The position numbers and the translations under genes were made by a program. Shown here piece by piece: positions 56,157 through 64,000 of a stretch of DNA of 64,000 nucleotides; position 1 is the first letter of the stretch; each line of letters begins with the position of its first letter. The notes beneath the pieces were generated by a model. That model did not search any database. It saw only the letters and a program-made list of their open reading frames with translations, and had not been told where the DNA came from. Source of the DNA: Candidatus Onthoplasma sp. (lineage in GTDB: Bacteria; Bacillota; Clostridia; Christensenellales; UBA1242). Location: the NCBI GenBank assembly GCA_045637825.1, contig JAZUAD010000018.1:1251-65250 (forward strand), in the 5' to 3' direction.

Positions 56157-59100
56157 TTAAATATCTTGCTCTACTCCATCAAAATCTAGTGTCATACTAA
56201 CTACTACATCACCCTTTAAAGATGATATCAACACATCAAAATTAACATCAATTTTTAATGTTAGTTTTTCAGCCACAATCTTGCCAGCATCATCAGTTAT
56301 ATACTCTATTTCCACATCACTAAAGTTAAATATTTCATAAGTATCCTTATCCATAACTTTGGACATTAATTTGTTATAATCAATGCTTTCAACTTGGTTA
56401 GGAAGTGTAATATCTTTAAATAGTTCATTATAATCAATGCTTTCATCATAATTTAATGCACTATATAACATAAACGCCGTATTTAACACTGTTCTAGTTT
56501 CTTTAGTTGCATAAGTATCAATAATAGTTTCAATATCTGTCATTAGTTGTTGTTTATCAAGCGTTCCAGCCAAATAATCATCTATCGCATCACTAAATAC
56601 ATCTTCAAGGTCAAGCGCCAAATAACTATTAGGATTTACCGCTAAATAATCATAACAAAATTCCATTGCAATATCTAAAATGTCTTGCTTGTATTCTTGT
56701 ATTAATTCGTCAACAAAACCATTTATGTCTGTAGTTAAAGATTTTACAATATTAACATATTTATAAATTTCTTCATAATTCGCTCTTTCATCTTCCAGCC
56801 ACATGATTTCGATATCGTAATCTATTCCACTAATTACCCATTCTCCAATAGTTGAATCATAATCCCAATGACAATATAAATAAGTATCTAATTCTGTACC
56901 TTCTAAAGTTTCGTACTCTTCCGCAAATACCCAATTATTTTGCTTTAGAATTTTAATCATATCAATTTCTTCACTATAATAATCTTCAAGCGCTTTTACA
57001 CAAGTCAACACCTTGTCAATAAAGTTTCCAAAACTATTAATATCTCCAATATTTATTAATGTATCTTCAAACACTCTAATTGTATTCTTAATGTTAGAAG
57101 CATATCTATTAATTAGTTGTTGTGCTTCTGGAGTTGTAATTTCTTGATAATCTATTTTCAACAATTGGTCAGGTGTAGCAATTTTATAGGTTTCCATATA
57201 CATTGTATACATCAATTCAGAAGTTAAATGAGCAATTTGTTCAAATTCTAAACTTTCAACTGAATTTGTAAAGGTTTTAACCATTTCATTAGTTGTATGT
57301 ATATTAATTGCTTTTATTAAATCGGTATACTTTTGTTTAACATCAAATTCGGTGGCGGTTCTTAAATTTTCAACAATTTCAGTAATAATTTTTTGTACTG
57401 CTTCTTGACCAGTCGCACTTTCAACCATAAACCAATCATTAATAGCATTACTAATTAAATCAATATAATAATCATTTTCTTCAAGCATTACTATATTTAC
57501 TATAGCGGAATATGCCTCTTTGCCTTGCTTTTCGCCTTTAATAATAGAATATATTGTATCTATTGCTTGTTGTTTGTTTTCTTCTGGATAAATATCAATT
57601 AGGTCAAATAATTTTTCTACTAATTCATTTTGTTCTATTGCACCTACTAGGTCGCTATCCAAATAAGACTTAACTATATTTTTGATATCTTCAATGCTTT
57701 CCGCTGCACCATTAGGGAATAAAACATCTGCAATAGCCCAATACAAATCTTCGCCCTCATATTCTCCATCTAAAATACCATATATTTTATTAGTTGCTTG
57801 TTGACGGTCGCTTTCAATATATCCAGCATAATCTAATAGGTTTTCAACCAATTTAGCTTGTTTTACCGCACCCACAAAACCCTCATCATTAATTTTATCA
57901 TAATAAGTTTTGCACGTATCAGCATATTCAGTGTAATATTCTACATCATAATAGGCCTCAAACTTTGGATATAGGTCACCACCCCAATAAGAATAACCAT
58001 CTGTTACGCCATAACACCAATCATCTTCATAGGTCATTAAAATCCACTTATTAGCTTGAAGACTTTCATCTACAGTAGCTAAAAGATTTGCATATGAATA
58101 ATTTTTATCTAACGCTTCTAATACAATATCTTTAAATTCTTTTTCACTTTCACCATTAATTAGTTTAACCAAGTCAATTATCGCATTTTCAAAACTTAAT
58201 GCAAAAGTTGTTTCAGCATTTATTTTAGCTTTTAATAAATCATTAGCAACCTTATTGTTTTCAAATAAACTAGAAACATCGCCTATATTTATACCATATC
58301 CGCCCCATTGCGCATATTCTACAATAGCAAAGTTATCTGCAGTCATAACGTGAGCATAATTTTTCCAATAAGTTTCAGTCATTTTTGAAGGTAAATGCAA
58401 TATTTGCTCTACATCTAAAGTCTTCAAATTAGCAGTTGCTTCTTTTACCATAGGGTTTACTGTATGAATATTAATTTGAGTTAACAATTCAGTATAAGCA
58501 TCTACAATATCAAAACTTTCAAAGTGTTTTAATTTGTAATAATATTTTGAAACCACATCATTTATTTTAATTTTACCAGTAACACTATTAACCTCAAACC
58601 CTGTTGCAAAATAATCAGCAACTTTTTCTATATAATAAGCATCTGTTTTAGGTAAAATTAAGTCAATTATATAGGTTCTAATATCAAATTCTGAAACACT
58701 TTGCTTAATACTTTCTAAAACTTTTAAAGTATCAAGTTTTGCTTTCATATCATTTGTGTCAATAATATGACTTTCGTCTAAATCAAACGAACCTTGCACT
58801 ATTGCATCAAACAATGAATTATATGTAGCATCTAGTAACTTATCGCCTTTAAACATTTCGCTAAGCAAAGTTATAGTTTCCTGTTCATTAATATTAGCGA
58901 TATTTTCAAGATATTTTGCTTGTAAATTTGTATCTATATTAACATCAACTAAGGAATCTTTTCCACTTTCGTATCTACGTAAAAAACTTTGCAACTTGGC
59001 TAAAAGTTGATCTTGTGTTCTATTTTCAATAGTAATAGTAAATGAATAATCTACACCATTATATTCAATAACCACTGTCTTTTTACCTACAGTAGTCATA

Positions 59101-59345
59101 TCAGGCAAGCGTTTAATCATATCCTCTGTTACCAATATTTCTTCAACGTTACCCTTTTTGTCAATTATGCGCAACATTGTTCCAGTAATTGAGAATTCAT
59201 CATAAATATAATAGGTCTTGTCATAATTTTTAAACTCATAACCTGCTTCTGCTGGTTTATCTTGAAAAATTCCACATCCGGCCAAACCTATTGATGAAGA
59301 TAAAACTATAGCCCCCGCCAGTACCTTTTTTATCCACTTTTTCAT
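56157..59345 (-). CDS. Giant lipoprotein (1062 aa) with internal duplications
   Basis: Lipobox SIGLAGC; N-terminal Ig-like segment. Duplicated blocks: YTELLTQINIHTVNPMVKEATANL / YTDLIKAINIHTTNEMVKTFTNSV, and VGAVKQAKLVENLLDY... / VGAIEQNELVEKLFDL... Confidence 0.7.
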   Translation of the reverse strand: MKKWIKKVLAGAIVLSSSIGLAGCGIFQDKPAEAGYEFKNYDKTYYIYDEFSITGTMLRIIDKKGNVEEILVTEDMIKRLPDMTTVGKKTVVIEYNGVDYSFTITIENRTQDQLLAKLQSFLRRYESGKDSLVDVNIDTNLQAKYLENIANINEQETITLLSEMFKGDKLLDATYNSLFDAIVQGSFDLDESHIIDTNDMKAKLDTLKVLESIKQSVSEFDIRTYIIDLILPKTDAYYIEKVADYFATGFEVNSVTGKIKINDVVSKYYYKLKHFESFDIVDAYTELLTQINIHTVNPMVKEATANLKTLDVEQILHLPSKMTETYWKNYAHVMTADNFAIVEYAQWGGYGINIGDVSSLFENNKVANDLLKAKINAETTFALSFENAIIDLVKLINGESEKEFKDIVLEALDKNYSYANLLATVDESLQANKWILMTYEDDWCYGVTDGYSYWGGDLYPKFEAYYDVEYYTEYADTCKTYYDKINDEGFVGAVKQAKLVENLLDYAGYIESDRQQATNKIYGILDGEYEGEDLYWAIADVLFPNGAAESIEDIKNIVKSYLDSDLVGAIEQNELVEKLFDLIDIYPEENKQQAIDTIYSIIKGEKQGKEAYSAIVNIVMLEENDYYIDLISNAINDWFMVESATGQEAVQKIITEIVENLRTATEFDVKQKYTDLIKAINIHTTNEMVKTFTNSVESLEFEQIAHLTSELMYTMYMETYKIATPDQLLKIDYQEITTPEAQQLINRYASNIKNTIRVFEDTLINIGDINSFGNFIDKVLTCVKALEDYYSEEIDMIKILKQNNWVFAEEYETLEGTELDTYLYCHWDYDSTIGEWVISGIDYDIEIMWLEDERANYEEIYKYVNIVKSLTTDINGFVDELIQEYKQDILDIAMEFCYDYLAVNPNSYLALDLEDVFSDAIDDYLAGTLDKQQLMTDIETIIDTYATKETRTVLNTAFMLYSALNYDESIDYNELFKDITLPNQVESIDYNKLMSKVMDKDTYEIFNFSDVEIEYITDDAGKIVAEKLTLKIDVNFDVLISSLKGDVVVSMTLDFDGVEQDI

Positions 59346-59508
59346 GATTTTCTCCTTTATTAAACAATATGCATTAATTTTTTTATTGTTTATTATATGA
59401 TATCATATTAACTTACAATTTGCAACTTCTTTAATAAAATTTTTAAAGCACTTATAAAACTCTATATCTAGTTTATCCTTAAAAAAAAGTGCCAAATTAA
59501 GGGCACTT

Positions 59509-60810
59509 TTAAATCCTATAACTTTTAAATAAGTCTATTTCATTATTTTCAATTACTATCCCTAAAGTTTCCTTTGCTTTAAACATAGTGTCTAATTGTA
59601 TTGTTTTAATTGTATTTACACGTAGTGGAACAATAATAAATCCTGCACAAGAACCTATTGTTGTTGCTCTAATGCAATTAAGTAGGGTTGTACATATTGG
59701 CATTTCTTGCATATTATTTTTGTCTAGTGCCATAATGGCATCTATATTATCAATTACTACTGCCACACGCTTGCCTAGTTCAATCAAACGTTTAGCATAA
59801 TTTACGCCCAATAAGGTAATTATAGCACGTTCCTCTTCTAAATCGTTTGGTTGTGCACAAAATTTAGCAATACTATACATATCATTCAACTCTTCAATTG
59901 GTTGATATTGAGGGTTTATATAAATCACTCTGTCAAACATAGTATTTAACTCTTCAATAAACTTAGAAACAAATGGTTTTGTTTGAGAAGTTTTGTTAAA
60001 ATACAAAAACACATTATCACTTACAAATAGTTTAAACTTATTACTAATTGTCTTTGACAATTCTCCCGAAGCTTTAACTTGTTTTGAAGTTTTGCTAAAA
60101 GTTAAATTATTAAACCACTCACGTTCTACTTCCCACTTATATCTTGATTGTTGATTTATGGAAAATATTGAGTTTAATACTATTTTACCATCAACCTCTT
60201 TACACGCACCTAAAATCTCATCACCATTACGAAGTTTATACTTATTTACAAAAATTTGTGGCACAAAAACATATGAAAACTCGCTATCATTATTACATCT
60301 TCTAAGTATACTAAATTCGGTTTTGGTTACCTCCAAATAGCCCTTAAAAGTTAAAACCACTTGAGTATCTTTTCCACCCAAAGGATTTTCTTCCGCCAAT
60401 ACACAGTGTGTAAAATTAAAATCATCTTCCTTATCGTAAAAGAACATATCTTTTATGCTTGTACACTTTACTTTGTCATCAAATTTACTTTTAACCTCGA
60501 CATATTCTTCAATCGATTTATAATCATAAATCCCTAAATCTGCTCCAGTCAATTGTCCTTTAAGTACGCCCTCTTCAAGCAAGGAATATATATTAGAGCC
60601 CTCTATTTTAGTTGGCGTTTCATCATATAGTAATGAGTTAATACTAGTTTGCTTATCCAGCAAGGTTATATTGCTAAAATCTATTTTACTAAGTTCTTCC
60701 TCGCTTATATCCTCATTTAAAGGATATATATAAAAACTTAACCTAATATCATTAGGCACAAACAATCGCACTTTTTTAAATTTTTTTAATACAATTTTTT
60801 TCATAAACAT
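59509..60810 (-). CDS. Rho-like protein with degenerate Walker A/B motifs and a novel N-terminal domain
   Basis: By-eye alignment to Rho: YVFVPQIFVNKYKLRNGDEILGACK, WFNNLTF, AKRLIELGKRVAVVIDNIDAI, GSCAGFIIVPL. The P-loop position reads FNKTSQTK. Confidence 0.45.
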   Translation of the reverse strand: MFMKKIVLKKFKKVRLFVPNDIRLSFYIYPLNEDISEEELSKIDFSNITLLDKQTSINSLLYDETPTKIEGSNIYSLLEEGVLKGQLTGADLGIYDYKSIEEYVEVKSKFDDKVKCTSIKDMFFYDKEDDFNFTHCVLAEENPLGGKDTQVVLTFKGYLEVTKTEFSILRRCNNDSEFSYVFVPQIFVNKYKLRNGDEILGACKEVDGKIVLNSIFSINQQSRYKWEVEREWFNNLTFSKTSKQVKASGELSKTISNKFKLFVSDNVFLYFNKTSQTKPFVSKFIEELNTMFDRVIYINPQYQPIEELNDMYSIAKFCAQPNDLEEERAIITLLGVNYAKRLIELGKRVAVVIDNIDAIMALDKNNMQEMPICTTLLNCIRATTIGSCAGFIIVPLRVNTIKTIQLDTMFKAKETLGIVIENNEIDLFKSYRI

Positions 60811-60911
60811 CACTTAATTATATACCACAAACCGCCAAATGTAAACATTTTTCGATATTTTTTGACAATTTTTGACATTTATTCGAATTTTAACACCCAG
60901 TTTTGCCTGTA

Positions 60912-61994
60912 TTAAGTGATTTTTTTAACCTCTTTATTGATTTTTATTAGATTTAATATTATTTTAATTATAACAATCATACATACAATTATTATACTTA
61001 AAGCAATAATCCACCAATCTACAAATTCAAACGAGTGTGTGGTTTCGGGCTTTAAAATTTTAAATATATTTTCACCACAAACAAATCTTTGACAATCATT
61101 TTGCGTTGTATAAACTTTAGCACCAAAAGTTTGTAAATTTGCAATAGTTGTAAAATACGGGTGACCATAATTATTTTCTCCCACGCTTATAATGGCATAC
61201 TCAGGACTAACTGTTTGTATAAATTCCCAACTGGTTGATGAATTACTTCCATGATGAGCAACTTTTAACACGTCCACATCTAAAACATCTCCGTATTGTT
61301 CTATAATATCCATTTCTGCCTCTAATAAAATGTCACCAGCAAACAAAAAACTTTTATCCAAATAACTGATTTTTATAACACTACTCATTGAATTAGTTGA
61401 TGAATACACCTTTAAAGGTGCAAATATTTTCACTTCAACTTTACCTACATTAAAATCAAAATTTTGCTTAACAACCTCTGTAGTTAACCCAGTTTCTTGC
61501 TTAGAAGCTTTAATAACATAATCATATTCATCTAATGCCGAATGTGTAGCAAAATCTTTAGCATCTTCCTCTTTACTAGCAATATTTGGCCTAAAAAAGT
61601 TTCTTACTTCAAATTCACTAAATACCGCACACATTCCTCCCGAATGGTCACTATCAGGGTGTGTTAATATCAAATAGTCTATCACCAAATCATTATTGCT
61701 TGCTAATACATTACTTTTTATGTATTCTACTAAATAATTTTGACTAGCTTTTGGCCCAGCATCTATCAACATTACTTGTCCGTTAGGGAATTGTATTGCA
61801 GTAGCATCGCCTTGCCCTATATCAATAAAATTAACCACCAAATCATCATCACTTACTCTTATGTCAGCTTTATATAACAAACCCTGCAAATCCGCTGAAA
61901 TGAATGACGAAAAAAACATTGAAACTGCAAATACAGCAATTAAAACACTAAGTACTATAATTTGTGCATATTTTTTCTTTTGTTTCTTTTCCAT
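60912..61994 (-). CDS. ComEC-C-terminal-like metallo-beta-lactamase-fold membrane protein
   Basis: N- and C-terminal TM anchors; IDIGQGDA, LTHPDSDHSGG, VAHHGS motifs. Confidence 0.7.
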   Translation of the reverse strand: MEKKQKKKYAQIIVLSVLIAVFAVSMFFSSFISADLQGLLYKADIRVSDDDLVVNFIDIGQGDATAIQFPNGQVMLIDAGPKASQNYLVEYIKSNVLASNNDLVIDYLILTHPDSDHSGGMCAVFSEFEVRNFFRPNIASKEEDAKDFATHSALDEYDYVIKASKQETGLTTEVVKQNFDFNVGKVEVKIFAPLKVYSSTNSMSSVIKISYLDKSFLFAGDILLEAEMDIIEQYGDVLDVDVLKVAHHGSNSSTSWEFIQTVSPEYAIISVGENNYGHPYFTTIANLQTFGAKVYTTQNDCQRFVCGENIFKILKPETTHSFEFVDWWIIALSIIIVCMIVIIKIILNLIKINKEVKKIT

Positions 61995-62788
61995 AATCTA
62001 TATCTTTTGCTTTTAATCAACTTTAAAATTTCTGGCATTGCTGCAATTGTGGCGTTATAACCTTCTTCCACCATCGCTTCATACCCATCTAACTTACTAG
62101 ATTTAAAACGTTTCATATCTGGTTGAACCACAATATCACTATACAAATATCCTTGTTTTGAATTATTTTTCATCATAATTCCAATAGATGCCAAAAACAC
62201 ATCATAAAACTTCTCGCTACTTGTTCCACCACCTCTAGTGCTATTAACATCAATAGTAATCACAACATCACAACCTTTAGCACGCAATACATCTGCAGGT
62301 ATATTGTTCATTACTCCGCCATCTATAAGTGTCATATTGTTATAAACAACAGGATAAAACACTCCTGGCACAGCGCAACTTCCAGCCACCGCCTTTGACA
62401 ACAATCCGCTATCAAATACCACTTCTTTACCTGTTTTAGCATCAACGCTTATAATAAAAAGTTTTTTAGGTAACTCTTCAATATTTTTTTGTTTAATATT
62501 GTTAGTAATCAGTTCTTCCAAACCCTCAGTAGTAGATGGCATAAACTTTATTTTATTGCGCTTAATATCCTTCACTTGCAAAACTTTTGCAATATTATAG
62601 GTTTGTTTAAAGTTTTTGCCCGAACAAACAAAAGCACCAACGCAACTACCAACACTGCAACCTGCTACCATATCAAAATTAATACCATATTCTTCAAAAG
62701 CTTTCATTGCGCCTAAATGAGCAAAGCCCCTGGCACCTCCTCCACCTAAACATAAACCAACAACAGTTTGTTTTTTCAAAAATCCCAT
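61955..62788 (-). CDS. Patatin-like phospholipase
   Basis: GGGGARGFAHLG oxyanion motif, GCSVGS (GxSxG), LIDGG catalytic Asp motif; 3' end overlaps the next gene by about 40 nt. Confidence 0.85.
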   Translation of the reverse strand: MGFLKKQTVVGLCLGGGGARGFAHLGAMKAFEEYGINFDMVAGCSVGSCVGAFVCSGKNFKQTYNIAKVLQVKDIKRNKIKFMPSTTEGLEELITNNIKQKNIEELPKKLFIISVDAKTGKEVVFDSGLLSKAVAGSCAVPGVFYPVVYNNMTLIDGGVMNNIPADVLRAKGCDVVITIDVNSTRGGGTSSEKFYDVFLASIGIMMKNNSKQGYLYSDIVVQPDMKRFKSSKLDGYEAMVEEGYNATIAAMPEILKLIKSKRYRLWKRNKRKNMHKL

Positions 62789-62981
62789 CAGTTTCTCCTT
62801 TTTACTAGTATAACACAAAATATTCCATTTAACCAAATGTATAAACAAACCTTTTATAAACAAATTTTATAAACTTTAGTTTAAAATCTTATTTGCTAAT
62901 ATCCTATAGGCAATCTTTATATTATATATTTTATAAAAATAAAAATCCCATACTTAAATGTATGAGATTTTATTGATTTTA

Positions 62982-63992
62982 TTAAGCTTCAATATCTGTT
63001 CCGTTCTTTTCACGTAAAGCTTTAAGTTCTTTATTTAAAGTATCAATATCTGTTTCGATATTAGAAATATTTTCTCTTAAAATCTTATCGGTATGAACGA
63101 GGATAGGATATCTATCGATATTAGCATTCATTACTTCTTCGCAATGAGCAACTGATAATTTCAAACCTTCCAACAACTCCAATTCTTGAGCCAATTTTTC
63201 AGCTTTATCTTTGTCAATATCAACATAATTGTTAACGCCATATAAAGCAACTTTCTTCTTAGCCACTATAGCATATTTACGGCGAAGTTTTAGTTTATCT
63301 CTTTCTAATGTGCGTTTAACTTTTTCCAAAGGATTTAATTCCTTATTATTTATCTTCAAATCTTTTTTAGCACTCTTTAGTCTTTCGTCCAAAATTGCCA
63401 ATCTTTCTAAGTATGCTTCTTCTGTAGCATAATGGAATACCAAAGGTTTACTATCATCTTCAGTAGGTTCACCTTTAATTTCTTGAATTTGAATAGATAA
63501 ATTTAATATTTGCTTTTTCAATTCTTCAATTTCGATAATTGAACTAGCCATTCTTAATTGAACTTTTTCTTCAATTTCTTGTTCGGTTAATTGTTTAACT
63601 GTTTCAATATCTATTGTAGGGATATTTTCATTCATTTCGCCAACCTCTTCAGTTATCATAGTCATTCCAGTAACCAACGCTATTTGATTGTTTTTAGGTC
63701 CAATAACAGTTACTTCAGCGCTTTCAGTGCTTTGTTCAGCAATGGCAAGTTGTTGTTTAGCAATTTCTTGCATTTCCTTTCTGTCTTGGTCTAATTGTTC
63801 AGCAATAGCTTCACTATTTTGTTTTGCTTCTTGATGTTCCAAAGCAATTTGTTCGGTTAAATCTATTAATTGCTCCTTAAGTTCAATCACTTCAGCAGCA
63901 GTTCCTTTTAATTTGTCCTTAACTTCACTTTCTTCCAAACGATTAGCTACAACTTCTTGTTTATATTGTCTTTCAATTTCTTGCTTAGACAA
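62982..63992 (-). CDS. Glu/Lys-rich coiled-coil protein; the frame stays open to the window edge, so it may be 5'-partial
   Basis: Heptad-like E/K/Q-rich sequence throughout; terminator hairpin at about 62945-62975. Confidence 0.55.
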   Translation of the reverse strand: MSKQEIERQYKQEVVANRLEESEVKDKLKGTAAEVIELKEQLIDLTEQIALEHQEAKQNSEAIAEQLDQDRKEMQEIAKQQLAIAEQSTESAEVTVIGPKNNQIALVTGMTMITEEVGEMNENIPTIDIETVKQLTEQEIEEKVQLRMASSIIEIEELKKQILNLSIQIQEIKGEPTEDDSKPLVFHYATEEAYLERLAILDERLKSAKKDLKINNKELNPLEKVKRTLERDKLKLRRKYAIVAKKKVALYGVNNYVDIDKDKAEKLAQELELLEGLKLSVAHCEEVMNANIDRYPILVHTDKILRENISNIETDIDTLNKELKALREKNGTDIEA

Positions 63993-64000
63993 TTCTAGTT

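Overview
This is an AT-rich chromosome segment, roughly 30% GC by eye, from a low-GC Bacillota-type bacterium. It looks like an endospore former: it has pro-sigma-K, yabP-yabQ-divIC and a PdaB-like deacetylase. It uses the standard genetic code, since TGA ends yabP. All calls come from reading the ORF translations and the DNA by eye; no database search was run.

The housekeeping backbone is hemW-lepA, sigK, a murG-like gene, tlyA, secA, tdk, rubrerythrin, a P-type cation ATPase, an ABC-2 exporter, 7 tRNAs (Leu, Cys, Lys, Gly, Arg, His, initiator Met) and one S-box (SAM-I) riboswitch.

Two virus-derived regions stand out.
(1) 276-13657 is a ~13.4 kb element integrated into the 3' end of tRNA-Leu(TAA). 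It is bounded by an 11-bp direct repeat and by tandem CCGTACTAAAA arm repeats. It carries a tyrosine integrase, an XRE repressor, a HUH rolling-circle Rep, a Zot/pI-like ATPase, several tiny hydrophobic or ultra-basic ORFs and three large membrane-anchored proteins, two of them BspA-type LRR proteins. I read it as an inovirus-like, or possibly membrane-containing pleomorphic, ssDNA prophage with an unusual architecture. It is my top candidate for something new.
(2) 30.1-40.4 kb, next to tRNA-His, is a compact head-only phage module: TerL, portal, scaffold, HK97-type capsid, three downstream genes, a holin and a sigma-like regulator. I can see no integrase, tail fibre, lysin or att repeat.

Other notable items:
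- a 424-aa protein with two Rx4H (HEPN-like) motifs plus a separately promoted 108-aa partner, wedged between secA and tdk
- a Rho-like protein with degenerate Walker A/B motifs
- an S-box riboswitch controlling only an unknown 92-aa protein
- a repetitive Cys/Asn-rich peptide at the left window edge
- a promoter-plus-terminator pair predicting an ~80-nt antisense RNA inside the prophage
- an in-frame TGA in the first prophage operon gene
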